From Savitreella phatthalungensis (lineage: Eukaryota): a DNA stretch of 64,000 nucleotides. Below, in pieces: positions 35,864 to 46,756 of the stretch. Location: NCBI GenBank assembly GCA_051599415.1, contig AP039702.1, forward strand, positions 124,001 through 188,000, written 5' to 3'. A program made the translations under genes and the position numbers. The notes under the pieces are model-generated. The model saw nothing but the letters and a program-made list of their open reading frames with translations. It was not told the origin of the DNA and made no database searches. How positions within the stretch are numbered: the stretch's first letter is position 1; each line of letters begins with the position of its first letter.

Positions 35864-36082
35864 TCAATGACCGCTGCGCGGGCAGGAGGAGCAGATGCAC
35901 TGACCTGTCCTGCATGCACAGGCGTTCACGTTCCCGCCGCAGGAGCAAGAGCTCTTTGTGATGTGGCCGCGAGTGGCATTGGCCCTTGGGCAGGAAGCGC
36001 AAACGCACTGTCCAGTCTTGCATGCGCACTGGGACTCGTTGCCCCTGCAGCCACAAGTCGTCGTCTCGATCTCAGCCACCAT
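35864..36082 (-). CDS. Metallothionein (72 aa, 14 Cys, two 7-Cys boxes)
   Basis: MVAEIETTTCGCRGNESQCACKTGQCVCASCPR...SCSCGGNVNACACRTGQCICSSCPRSGH; no aromatic residues; AAAATG start context; TATA-like element near 36213-36222. Confidence 0.85.
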   Translation of the reverse strand: MVAEIETTTCGCRGNESQCACKTGQCVCASCPRANATRGHITKSSCSCGGNVNACACRTGQCICSSCPRSGH

Positions 36083-36234
36083 TTTCTCTGTGAGAGTGTG
36101 TAGTAAAGGGTTGTTTGTCTTGGTAAGAGCTGCAGGCGGCTGGAATGTGCAGGTTCTAATTGATCGCTTTAGGGAGTGTATCACCTTGGTGGTCTAGAGG
36201 GTGGTGAACAGACTTATATATACGATCGTCCTTG

Positions 36235-36252
36235 GGAGAGAGAGAGAGAGAG
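36235..36252. repeat. (GA)n microsatellite upstream of the metallothionein TATA element
   Basis: Run of GA dinucleotides seen directly. Confidence 0.8.
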
Positions 36253-37472
36253 GTAAAGAGTCAATCAGTCGTTACCGGGAACAGCATGTGTGGAGTGATA
36301 TGCGCGCGGTTTTTGCGCTTGGATATGGAATTTTCCCGGCCAGGCGGGATGGAGGTAGCGTGGATGTTTGCGGGAGAATTGCGGTTGGTCAGGCGATCAG
36401 ATCATTTGTTCTTTTCAATTCGTAAATTACTGATCTTGAGTCAATTCTGCCTGACACTCATCATCTTGGAGCCGATTGTTCTCCATTCCCGATTTCTCTT
36501 CTTATCATCCACCAAAGATAGTCAGTGCCTCCGCAATAATAGCTCATCTCAAATCATGGACGATGCAAACACTTGAATTAGAAACAACGGTTCTGCAGTA
36601 CTATTAACTGACTCTGATCCTCTGAGAGCGCTCGCAATAATCACTCAACTACAGACTATTAGATCATAGAAATCTACGGTGGAAGAAAGCAGGTGAGCAG
36701 AATTAATACAACATCAGCTGATTATTAGCTCGCACAAAAGCCTCGTAATACAATTCAGCGAGGGTGGGGCAATTACCATTTTATAATACTGGCTGTATCA
36801 GGATCAGGTTGCCACACACAGAAAGCATCAATCATGTGCTCTCCTGCAGCAGTGTGGCAAATTTAGCGAGTCCTAAGCTTGGTCACCATCTCATGCCTGA
36901 CCAACTCTCATACGCTCAAGTCATCCTCGCCCATACGAGCTCAACATTACACAATCATCTATGATATCGCACCTAATGGGCTACGGGCTCTCTGAGCTCC
37001 CGTGTTGAGAGAATCATTCATCATGCGTCAGGTCAACCAGATTTCGGTGAGTCTATCGTCGTTGCTTGGCGAGTGAATCCACGATTGGATCACAATCGGC
37101 TCAATCAAAGTGTTACACGATACGTGCACCATTATTCGTCAATTCGTTCCGCTTCAAGGGTCTGTATCAACCAGGCGCGTGCAGGTTTTAAGAGCGCATG
37201 ACCGACCAAATGGTGATTGTGGTGCCCGGAAACCGCTGATGCACTCATCTGCAAACTCGGTGCGTGCCTCGCTTACCAAATACTCGTCAACGAGATTACC
37301 AAGAGATGACCTCGCGTGTAGGTGTAGTCGTGGTCGAAGAGACCGATACGACCCGATGTTCTCAAATTGCGTTGATTGCTCTTTTCTACATACATGAGTC
37401 TCAGCTAGTGCGTGGTGACCCTACACTTTTGTTGATCTGCTCCCGATTAGGCCCGATGTGCTTTACAAATCT

Positions 37473-38714
37473 CTACTCCGTCTTGACTTGCTTTGTTTCA
37501 GGTGCGCCTGAGGGTGGATCGTCTTGGCGAGGACGCTTGCGCTCGTTGTTGCGGTCGTTGAATTCGCGACCTCCACGTCCACCACGTCCACGTCCACGTC
37601 CGCCACGACCTCCGCGTCCACCCCTGCCGCCGCGACCACCGCCACCGAGATGACGAGGGCCGGCGTTGTTGGCACCGGTGGTGTTGCCGCCGTTCCTCTG
37701 CTGCTTCTGCTCCCTGAATGCATTGAAATTGCGCTTCTTGAAAGCCTTCGAGGAAGGAGGGAACGCTCCGCCGTACTGCTGCTCCTTCATTTCGATGTAA
37801 GCCTTCTTCGACATGGCCTCCAGTGGAATATCGCCGAATGTAGGCACTGTTGAGGCTGATGGTTGCCCGTCTCCAGCTGCAGCTGCTGCGCCTTCGCTTG
37901 ATTCCCCAGCCTCCGTCTTTGTCTCTGCAGGGAAGAGCGCGAGGAAATCCTGCTGCTCCTCGGTCGTGGCAAACTCGACAAAGACGCTGCCCTTGAACGT
38001 GCCTTCGTCCGTGCGGCGTAGACGGACGACCTTGACCGTGCCGAATTTGGCAAAGAACTGCTCGAGTTCTAGCTGGAGTGTCTTTGTCTCTGCCGGGAAC
38101 CCCTTGACGTAGACGCTGCGCTTCACAGGCGCGTTGTCGACGCTCGGCGGTCGCAATTCCGTCTTCCGCTTCACCTTCAGACCTTCCTCGTCCACATCCA
38201 ACTCCTCTGACTCCCGGAGCGCAGCGACCACGCTCTCATATGGAGCAAATCGGCGCATCCGCTTGAAGCTGCAGATTGTCTTCAGGTCAGCCCATCCCTC
38301 CCCGTTAGACGACACCATCGTGTAGAGGAACTTGTCGTGTGGCAGATTGGCATCGCTCAGATAGAACTCTACCTGCTTTCGGATCTCCGCAGGGTCGTCT
38401 GTTGTCTCGAGTGATGAAGGGTCGAATTTCTCTCCTCCAGGGTACTCGTTCGATGATTTCTTGCTGTCCTGGGCGTCAGAGCTGGCAGCGAGCGCAGACT
38501 GCTTCTCAGGGTCAGCTTGTGCCTTGATGGGGATGTCGTGTGGGACTTCAGCAGTGTTGGCAGCCTCTGTCACCTGCGGCTGGGCATCCTCCACCTTGAC
38601 GCTGTCGTTCTCCTGCTCGATTTGTGCTGCAGGCGCATCGTCTTCCGCCTTCTGCTCAGCCACGTGCTGCTCCAGCGGCTTCGTCTCCAGCTTCGTGTCG
38701 TCCATTGCGTCCAT
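37473..38714 (-). CDS. LHP1: La autoantigen homologue (La motif + RRM + RGG tail)
   Basis: 'IRKQVEFYLSDANLPHDKFL', 'ICSFKRMR', RRM 'RSVYVKGF' and 'FKGSVFVEF', RGG repeats. Start probably 38714 or 38705. Confidence 0.95.
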   Translation of the reverse strand: MDAMDDTKLETKPLEQHVAEQKAEDDAPAAQIEQENDSVKVEDAQPQVTEAANTAEVPHDIPIKAQADPEKQSALAASSDAQDSKKSSNEYPGGEKFDPSSLETTDDPAEIRKQVEFYLSDANLPHDKFLYTMVSSNGEGWADLKTICSFKRMRRFAPYESVVAALRESEELDVDEEGLKVKRKTELRPPSVDNAPVKRSVYVKGFPAETKTLQLELEQFFAKFGTVKVVRLRRTDEGTFKGSVFVEFATTEEQQDFLALFPAETKTEAGESSEGAAAAAGDGQPSASTVPTFGDIPLEAMSKKAYIEMKEQQYGGAFPPSSKAFKKRNFNAFREQKQQRNGGNTTGANNAGPRHLGGGGRGGRGGRGGRGGRGRGRGGRGGREFNDRNNERKRPRQDDPPSGAPETKQVKTE

Positions 38715-39038
38715 AGCTGTAGATAGATGTCGACTGTCTCGCGAAGATACAGCTGTCCCTGATATCATCGATCTGTTCCTGTCGGAGAGTTGATCTCTAA
38801 CTTGCAACTCGGGCGCGGAAACCCGTGCAAGATTTGCCCTGGACGCCACGCGCAGCCACAAATTGATTCCGCTCACATGCGATGCCAAATTGTCACGTGC
38901 TTCTCAACAGATGACCTCGAGTAAAGCCAGGCAGCCGTTAGTGCGAGTATATCTATGTAATATGTATATGATGCTGAATGCTAGATGCTTGGCAGATGAC
39001 TGTACATTATACGCGGAGATGTGATAAGAGCTTGTCGA

Positions 39039-40373
39039 TCATCGGCGCTTCTCTGCGAGTGCGCGATTTGCCAGCTCGGGCACTTCCGGTAGGGCATTCC
39101 ATCTTTTGAAGCCGTAGACAAAGGCCTGGGCAAGGAAGACCTGCATGCCTTGGTACAGGGACAAAGGGATGGTCAGGATGGCCTGGTCGAGTGGCGAGAA
39201 ATTGGAATACTGTGTGGTGATGAGCACAAGACCGACCGTGATGGATTTTGGTGGACCGCAAAAACACACGGCCGTGGTCTGACCGCGTGTGAGCCAGAAT
39301 GCATTGCGTGGGGCCCCTGGCATCCGACACAGCAGATACGCGATCAGTGTAAACAGCGGATAGAGTGCCAGGTTGAGGAAAACCACGAGCAGGATTGCCG
39401 AGGCAGGAAGCTTCTGATAGGCTTTTGACGCAAACGAGTCGCTGAATGAGGTCCACAAGAAGAGGAGCAGCATGACTGTCGCCACCTTTGGCAAGAAGAA
39501 TTTGCGCGAGGTTCGGTCGGCTCGCTCGCTGCCAGCAAGGTTACGAATGCATTGGCCCACGAACAGCGCGGCGTAGAGAGTCGGGCCGAAGTGCTCAAAG
39601 AGCTTGCGGTAGATAGTGCTGATCGACTGGGTTGGCCTCCCGACATCGAGTCCTAAGCTTGGTCGAAGCAGGAGCTGTACAAGAGCTGGACTGATCAAAA
39701 TCCCTGCAAGATTCCCGATCACGACTTCGGCTAAGCACGTGGCGTCGTTGCCACGTGACAGACGTGTGAATGTGATATTTGATGCGACCGTGGTTGGCGT
39801 ACAGACCATGATGATGATGCCGGCAAGAATGTTCTGAGGTACGCGATCTGGCGAGGGCTTTGCCGCGAGAATAATCTCAACGATCGCCAGTCCGATCAGC
39901 GGCGTGATGATGAAACTCATGCCCTGTGCATACAAATGTGCTTTCCATGATCTCAAGTTGCTGATGAGAATATCTGTGGGCATTGTGAAGCCTGCGATCA
40001 AGAAAATGATGGCGAGACCGCCATAGGCAAATGTCCATTGAGAAGCAAGATATCCACCATGCCTAGCCACATCAGGCGCCCAGTACGCAATCAACACAAC
40101 GATCAAGAATCCGAGCATGAACCATTGACCAGCAGCGACGGCGAGTGCGCGCCGCCATAGCGCGGATTCTGTGAGATCCTCATGTGCATGCTGCGATTTG
40201 CCTTGGCGCACGCCAGCCTCCTCATCAAGAAACGCCGTGGGAATGCGTTGTTGAGCTAGCGCAATAGGACGTGATGTTTCGTGCTTGCTGTCTGTCTTGT
40301 CATGGGCTGCATCGAGTCCTGGTGGGATGACTCCCTCCAGGTGAATTTCAGGTGTATGCTCAGTCGTGGTCAT
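39039..40373 (-). CDS. RCH1: SLC10A7/SBF-like sodium:bile acid symporter family (Rch1-like)
   Basis: 'QWFMLG', 'IIFLIAG', 'PTTVASNITFT', 'GN..GILISP', 'FCGPPKS...GL'. Confidence 0.85.
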   Translation of the reverse strand: MTTTEHTPEIHLEGVIPPGLDAAHDKTDSKHETSRPIALAQQRIPTAFLDEEAGVRQGKSQHAHEDLTESALWRRALAVAAGQWFMLGFLIVVLIAYWAPDVARHGGYLASQWTFAYGGLAIIFLIAGFTMPTDILISNLRSWKAHLYAQGMSFIITPLIGLAIVEIILAAKPSPDRVPQNILAGIIIMVCTPTTVASNITFTRLSRGNDATCLAEVVIGNLAGILISPALVQLLLRPSLGLDVGRPTQSISTIYRKLFEHFGPTLYAALFVGQCIRNLAGSERADRTSRKFFLPKVATVMLLLFLWTSFSDSFASKAYQKLPASAILLVVFLNLALYPLFTLIAYLLCRMPGAPRNAFWLTRGQTTAVCFCGPPKSITVGLVLITTQYSNFSPLDQAILTIPLSLYQGMQVFLAQAFVYGFKRWNALPEVPELANRALAEKRR

Positions 40374-41146
40374 GCGATCATTTTTCCACCCAGTACGTCA
40401 GCTCATCAAGCATATATGTAAAGCATATGGATGACGTGACGGTGACAGGATGGACGAAAGTGTGAGTCAAGGATGGGTGGGGGGACCACGCGGGTGTGCA
40501 CGAACTCGGGTATACCCGTTTTGACAAATTCGCTCTGACCTAGGTATAATACTGGATCAGCGCACATCGAGGGCCACTGTCTGGCAGATGTGCACATGGT
40601 TGACAGTCATACTGGCAAATCCTACCGAGCTTGATCGGGATCACCACACTCCCAAATCGAGCTAGCTAGTTTTCGACAATCTGAGGCAAGAGTGCCACGA
40701 CAAAATGCATCGATCATTATGCCAGACCGGGCTCTAGTACGGAATTACTGAGACTGCCGCACATGCACAACGGAATATGGATCCAATAAAGCTAGCAACA
40801 GCTCGAGGAGTCGACATATGCACATGCCAGATGATTTATATAGTGGCACACATGGACTTGATGCTGTATGCACATGATAGTCTTGCTCCCAGAGTCCGAG
40901 ACTTCAGGCTCTGCGGTGTTCTCTCCAGGTACAAGTGGTCTCGTAGACTACAAAATGGCGTGTGCTTTCCGACTGGCAAATCCTCTCCGGCATCCATTCC
41001 AATCTTTCGCTCTCCTCTGGTAGCAGCTGGATTTTCGCAGATGCTTCAGTTGCCTAGTGAGCATGATCCTTCGTTCCCAGCTCATCGACATAGGCTAGCG
41101 TGGCGACAAAGAAAGGTCCGCAGACGATGGCTATGATAGGTTAGTA

Positions 41147-41671
41147 TTACGTATTCCTTCTCTGCTGCAAATTTGCGAGCATGCCTGTGGACAACTTACT
41201 TGTGAACAAGACGATTGCGATAGACACTAGCGCCCTTGGACCTCTGCGCCGGAAGTTACGCTTGACAATATCCTTGGCAGGCTGCCAGTATTCGAGGGCG
41301 CTGAACTCGTACCACTCCTCGCATTGCCGGAAGCACAGACCGGCAGCTGCAGCGATGCTTGCAAATCCGAGGAGCCACTGCCACCATGAAGGAAGCAGAT
41401 ATGGTTTTTGAGCGAGCAAATACGCGTACCAGCTGGTCCAGTAGATTGCGATGAAGAAGTAACTGTACGCCAACATCTCTACATAGTCCTTTGGTGACTT
41501 CAAGTTCTCAGGCACTGCCTCACCCCAGTGCTGCGGATTTGTCGTGTTGCTAGAGAAAGGATTGAGTACATTGTTATTGCGCACGTTGGATTGAGAAGAC
41601 TTCTGATATCCTGGCGTTTGTGAGAAGCCGGTGGATTGTTGATAACCATAATCACGAGACATGCTTAGCAA
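41147..41671 (-). CDS. Hypothetical membrane protein, about 3 TMs
   Basis: 174 aa ORF with a polar N-terminus and three hydrophobic/aromatic segments. Confidence 0.6.
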   Translation of the reverse strand: MLSMSRDYGYQQSTGFSQTPGYQKSSQSNVRNNNVLNPFSSNTTNPQHWGEAVPENLKSPKDYVEMLAYSYFFIAIYWTSWYAYLLAQKPYLLPSWWQWLLGFASIAAAAGLCFRQCEEWYEFSALEYWQPAKDIVKRNFRRRGPRALVSIAIVLFTSKLSTGMLANLQQRRNT

Positions 41672-42352
41672 TATATTTCTCTTTCCTCGGGTACCAGATG
41701 TGCCTGTGGGGATAGACGCGAGATCTATATGGAGATTTAGGAGGATGCTGAAGTCTCTGGAGGTATTGACTGACCTGCCTTGTGTCTGACGAAGGGCCTT
41801 GTTGTTCTGGTTGGGAATTGACAGTCGACGTAGGAACGTGGAGGATCGTCCTGAATCGATTCAGTTTGTGTGATGTCAGCGATTGTGGCTACAACTTTGA
41901 GATTGATTCCGTTGAAATGATTTCTGGTGTGGCTGTGCTTGGTTGTTCTTTCCAGTTCCAGTTCAAATGTTTCTGTTCATGTTTATTGATATTTGAATGA
42001 ATCAGGCAACTGAGACTCTAGATTCAATTTCTCTACTTTTATTGGATCTCAATTTAGTCCTGTGACCATCGAATCTCCCATTTGGGTCTCTCTGCTTGAA
42101 ACTTCAGCTAAACTCAAAACATAAGCTCAAGCTAGTCAACTTTCACTCGCGTTTCAGCCTCCTGCGCCTTGGTAAACATCGCTTCCAAGAATAAACACTC
42201 GATCACTCTAGTGCACACAGCCCGATGCAGGGAGGGCGATCAAGACTCATATACTCAAAGGCTGGACGCTCGCCAAGCAATCATCCCAAAGCCAGCCAGA
42301 ATCAGACAAGCAGGATCACAGCAACAGACCGGGACTAACGTGGAGACAACAT

Positions 42353-42378
42353 AGAGAAAGAGAGAGAGAGAGAAAGAA
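42353..42378. repeat. GA-rich microsatellite
   Basis: AGAGAAAGAGAGAGAGAGAGAAAGAAA-like run seen directly. Confidence 0.75.
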
Positions 42379-42557
42379 AGGGTCTCATATCTAGCCCTGA
42401 CAACCACTCTACCTTGCACTGTCGCAATTCACACTCGCGTCCACATACTTGCCAATCTATATACTTTGCGCATATCTTGCAAGTCTCACATTGATCACCC
42501 TCTCACAGTCACATCCACGACCGCAACTATGGTGACGAGTAGGTCTCACGATGCGCA

Positions 42558-43811
42558 ATGAGTCCAAGCGATCACGGGACGCGACTAGTCCGACAAAGAA
42601 GTTACCTGCTGGACGACGTACTACACAATCTAGAGGGACGGCCTAGAACATCATCGCCGCGCCGACCTCTTGCTCTTCTTGGCAACTCATCTCCTCAAAC
42701 GCTCAACACGATGGCACCTCAGCTCAAAGCCAATCAGTCTGACTTTCACTTTGCAGTTCCTTCTCTGCCACCTGCAAAGCAAGCGCGACCACGGCTGACG
42801 AGTAAGAATTCAATGCTCTCCCTATGCGTGGAACGATCTCGGTCTCAGTCGCCACGCAAGCGCCGTCGAGTCGGGCAGAACGGTAGCGATGCTTCTAGCA
42901 TTCCCGGCGCCGACAGTGAAATTGAGGATGCCTTGTCACATGATTTTGACGAAATCGTCTCCTTCGATGCAGTTCTCGGCAAACAAGCGCAGATGCGCAC
43001 TGAGCCACTCGCTCCTATTCTTGCCCCGGCACTGGCAAAACCGACCTTGGCGACTACTGAGGTCAGCGTTGGCGCTAGAGGCATCGCCGACGCTCGAAGT
43101 TCACCTTCACAGCGCTTGGGCGAACCCTCGACGCCGCGCGTCCTGCCGCGTGCTCTGAGACCTGCGCGCAGTGCTGTTGATCTCCTCAGACAGTACACTC
43201 ATGAAATTGATCAGCGTGTACATAAACCCGAGGGCTATGCAGTCTTACAACATACACCTGACACTGGCGTCGAGAAGCATACACCTGGTTTCACCGTGCA
43301 TAGACGTCGCACTGACTTGCTCCGGACACCTGTGCTCGATCAAAGCTGCAGTGGTGGCAGTCGGCAGCATCACAATCCCAATGCAAGCAACGACGCGGAC
43401 AGTCCACTGGCACACCGACATGCGCCCGCGTTACGACACGCCAGGTCGCTCGGTGACGGGCTCGGCATTGATTTCGCCCAACTGGGCTCTCCTGAGCTGA
43501 CGAAGTCATTCGTCACTCCGACAAAGCGCGTTCATCCCCACGATCGTGCGACAGCACTTCTATCGCAGTGGTCTCCGCCAACGCCAGACTCCGTGGTCGA
43601 CGGCATCCATCGACGTCAAGCGATAGGCGGCAGCACAGGTTCTGCCGGTGCAGATGTCGCCAATCGATCACTGGACGTATTTCGTGGGGTTGGCACTGCC
43701 TTTATGTCCATGCTGGGATTCGCCGGTAGCAGCAGCCGTTCATCACGGCCACCGACATCGTCGATGACGCGTCATACACGTCTCAGAACGCCTCGCCGCG
43801 TCTATCGATGA
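42558..43811 (+). CDS. Hypothetical Ser/Pro/Arg-rich, probably disordered nuclear protein
   Basis: 417 aa ORF with many SP/TP sites and an NLS-like 'PRKRRR'; no family recognised. Confidence 0.7.
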   Translation: MSPSDHGTRLVRQRSYLLDDVLHNLEGRPRTSSPRRPLALLGNSSPQTLNTMAPQLKANQSDFHFAVPSLPPAKQARPRLTSKNSMLSLCVERSRSQSPRKRRRVGQNGSDASSIPGADSEIEDALSHDFDEIVSFDAVLGKQAQMRTEPLAPILAPALAKPTLATTEVSVGARGIADARSSPSQRLGEPSTPRVLPRALRPARSAVDLLRQYTHEIDQRVHKPEGYAVLQHTPDTGVEKHTPGFTVHRRRTDLLRTPVLDQSCSGGSRQHHNPNASNDADSPLAHRHAPALRHARSLGDGLGIDFAQLGSPELTKSFVTPTKRVHPHDRATALLSQWSPPTPDSVVDGIHRRQAIGGSTGSAGADVANRSLDVFRGVGTAFMSMLGFAGSSSRSSRPPTSSMTRHTRLRTPRRVYR

Positions 43812-43896
43812 GCTTGCTCAAGGCCAAACTCATTGTACATTATTTTAACGTAAGTTCTTGTTGTACATATCTCATATCTTCGTGCGAGCGGCAATC

Positions 43897-44961
43897 TTAC
43901 TGGTCATCCCTTGTGCGCTGCCGTGTCGGTCCTGAGAACATCGAATCCCTGGAAGTATCTTCATTCGCAAGATGCGTCCATCGTGTTGCGCCTCGCTTAC
44001 CGATGTCGTTGATGCTCCGTCGTTGCAAGCTTTTTGGTAGCCAAGACTTATTCCTGATCTCGCCCTCCACGAAACCCGCTCGACCTCCATCCTTACCACC
44101 ACCATCATCCTGAAAAAATGCTCCACGATGGTGATACTTCTGAAGGAAACCTTCACCAGCCTGCTCTTTGCGAGCCGCGATCTTCTCGTCGCGCTGCTTC
44201 GCCGCCTCGGCCGTCTCTTCTGCAAGCCTCTCTTCCTCCGGCATCGCCCTCCGTCGCTCGATCGCCTCACGCTCTTCCTCCCGTGCTGCCAACCTGTCGC
44301 GCTCTCGTTTGATCCGCAGCAGTTCTCGCAGCTTCCATCCTTCGTACTCCCCCTCGGGATCAAGCCCATCCGTATCATCAACCGACGACGCCAGTCCCGA
44401 GAACGTCGCTGCAGACGCCCGCACAGCCCGCTCGTGCCGAATGAATGACTCCAAGTACGTATGCTTGTCGATTACTCCCGCATCGTCGTACGACGAGCTG
44501 CTCAAACCGTTGCTGACAATCTGCCCTGTACCATCATGGCCGTCCTGCGCATCACCGCTGTCCGCTTCGAATTTACGCTTGAACACAGGGCGAGAAAGCA
44601 GGGCCTTCCTTCGGCGCTCATGCTCGTCGTCCTCCTCAGCTTCTTCCTCTTCCTCGCTCTCGTCATCGTCACTGTCGTCGTCCTCGGAAACCTCACTCAC
44701 GCCGTCATCCTCCTCATCCTCTTCATCCACCCCATCGTCCGTCGTTGCTGCGGCCTTGCGAGGTAGCTGCTTGCGCTGTTCTGCAGACAGGATTCCTCGG
44801 GTTGGCGGCGCGGGTACTGGGTCTACGGGGAGTGAGGTGGTTTCGGTATGGCGGAGTTCTGGTGGTCGCGGTACTGGTTCCTGAGGGTCATCGGTGTCGG
44901 ATGCAGACGTATCATCGACGGCCACCAGCTGCTGTCCTGGGAAGTACCGCCGGCGCGACAT
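43897..44961 (-). CDS. MFAP1: Microfibrillar-associated protein 1 / Spp381-like splicing factor
   Basis: 'RRYFPG', 'VDDTDGLDPEGEYEGWKLRELLRIKRER', 'FLQKYHHRGAFFQ', 'TRWTHLANEDT'. Confidence 0.93.
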   Translation of the reverse strand: MSRRRYFPGQQLVAVDDTSASDTDDPQEPVPRPPELRHTETTSLPVDPVPAPPTRGILSAEQRKQLPRKAAATTDDGVDEEDEEDDGVSEVSEDDDSDDDESEEEEEAEEDDEHERRRKALLSRPVFKRKFEADSGDAQDGHDGTGQIVSNGLSSSSYDDAGVIDKHTYLESFIRHERAVRASAATFSGLASSVDDTDGLDPEGEYEGWKLRELLRIKRERDRLAAREEEREAIERRRAMPEEERLAEETAEAAKQRDEKIAARKEQAGEGFLQKYHHRGAFFQDDGGGKDGGRAGFVEGEIRNKSWLPKSLQRRSINDIGKRGATRWTHLANEDTSRDSMFSGPTRQRTRDDQ

Positions 44962-45159
44962 CACGCCACAAAGCTCGCTTCAATGATCACGCCGAGTCTC
45001 AAGCAAGTCATGTCAGCCCACATATGTCTTGTCCTGAGACCGAGACAGGGCTATTTACATTCCGGCTCCACAAACCCCATGCAGATTTTACTTCAGCTAC
45101 GCCATGACACACGTGCTTTAGGTGGCTGTTGTACATATATAGCTGCGGTAAGGGAAGCT

Positions 45160-45735
45160 CTACTTGAGGACAGTGTGCCGGATTGGCATGTTCTTGTGCT
45201 GAGTAGAAGGTACAGTCGCTCTCGCGGCCGAAGAGGCCGCCCTTTGTCGCGTAGGCGATTGATGTTCTAGTGCAGCGGTGGAACGTGCCAGAGACGGCGT
45301 TGCGCCAGGTCTAGGAGCCGCAGGTCGATTGTCTCCTGCAGGTGTCGAGCGGCCGCTCGGAGAACATCCAGAGTCTTCTTCCACGCAGTGTCTGTAAGCC
45401 TCCTGAGCACGATATCCCCGCACTCTGTCGTAATCAGCAGTCCTGTGTATTCCTTTGTGCTTCAAGGTCGCTGTCGGAAGGGGCGTCGGGCCAGGTGCTT
45501 TGACAGCCGTGTATATCACGAGTGGCCGCGTTGCAGACTCAGACGAGCATGGCGTAGCCATCGCGATTTCATCGAGAGGCGGTGGTTCAAATGGCTCATT
45601 ATCGAAGAGCTTGTTGATCCAGATTTCCGGTCGACCTTCCGTTTGCTTACCGGGCCAAAGCCGAGCAAGGAGCCCCTTTGCTTGTGCCGAAGCCACTAGA
45701 AGAACGATGTTCATCAATAGCGTGCGCAGCAACAT
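45160..45735 (-). CDS. Hypothetical secreted protein
   Basis: Signal-peptide-like 'MLLRTLLMNIVLLVASAQA' followed by a Pro/Thr/Ala-rich mature region. Confidence 0.55.
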   Translation of the reverse strand: MLLRTLLMNIVLLVASAQAKGLLARLWPGKQTEGRPEIWINKLFDNEPFEPPPLDEIAMATPCSSESATRPLVIYTAVKAPGPTPLPTATLKHKGIHRTADYDRVRGYRAQEAYRHCVEEDSGCSPSGRSTPAGDNRPAAPRPGATPSLARSTAALEHQSPTRQRAASSAARATVPSTQHKNMPIRHTVLK

Positions 45736-45960
45736 GGCTGGCAACGTTGTCCTATTCTTGCGACAATCGTCAAGAAGAGTCAGACTTTATCAATCTGTCC
45801 GGCTGCCACGCTTCGACAGATATGAAACATGTGCGATGCCGTCGAGGTTCCTGTTGTTGCTGAGCTTGCAACATGACAAGTACCAGCTTGACACGCTCCA
45901 AGACTATGAGTGACGAGCATGAAACCTGTAGCTGTAGCAGAGGTCGCCTGCGTCCAGATC

Positions 45961-46416
45961 TCATAGTCCGTCCAAGAGCTCTCCAACAGGCTCTGGCCTG
46001 ATCCCGAAGTAAATCTTCTTTCGACAGACTTCCAGAACTTCGAGCTCAACCTCGCGTACCGGTGCTGTCTCAGCATCGATTGGATTATCCCCACAAGCTT
46101 CGACCGGCTTCCGCCGCAGCACGGCGATGGGTTTCTTGAGCGTGACAATTTTCCCTTCTAGCCGCTGGTAGCCGACGAGTAGATATATCTTGCCGTTGTC
46201 TTCCTGCACTAATTTGCCGAGTCTCCTCTCCGCATCATCCAGCTTGGCGATCGTGCCCTGGAGCTCTACGAAGCAGAGCTCGTTTGAGTCTGTCAGCCGA
46301 AAGAAGTGGCTGCCCGGACTACTTCCTTGGCTTGCTGCCGACTTCGCGTCCGATAGACCATTGATGGTCATCACCACTGGACGAGTATCACTCTCGTCAT
46401 CGTCGTAATGTGTCAT
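45961..46416 (-). CDS. CTF8: Chromosome transmission fidelity protein Ctf8
   Basis: 'VELQGTI', 'LGKL', 'LLVGYQRLEGKIVTLKKPIAVL', 'KKIYFGIRPEP'. Confidence 0.92.
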   Translation of the reverse strand: MTHYDDDESDTRPVVMTINGLSDAKSAASQGSSPGSHFFRLTDSNELCFVELQGTIAKLDDAERRLGKLVQEDNGKIYLLVGYQRLEGKIVTLKKPIAVLRRKPVEACGDNPIDAETAPVREVELEVLEVCRKKIYFGIRPEPVGELLDGL

Positions 46417-46756
46417 CCCCAATACAGGCCCGACCACCTCGGTAAGCCTGTCGCGCCTCCTCGACTTGTAAGGAACCGGATGACGGCACACAAATCGATT
46501 CCGGCCAAAGTGTTACACAGCGCTAGCTATTTTTGGCTGCCGGCTCCACCGATGATTGATCGATGAGTTCAGACGTATCCAAAGTTTCTGACGGCGTATG
46601 TTAGGCGACTGATAGCCAGTACGAGTCAGGTTGAATGTCAATCAAGCATTGACATGCCGAGATGCCTTTCCTCTGACGAATCTTCAGCTTCTGCTACTCA
46701 AGCGAGAGTGAGGTTACTTTGCATCAAAGACATCACGCCGCAAGGCCCAGCGCTGG

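Noticed and set aside
44168..44884. 238 aa Ser-rich plus-strand ORF
   Set aside because: Antisense shadow of the acidic MFAP1 coding sequence.
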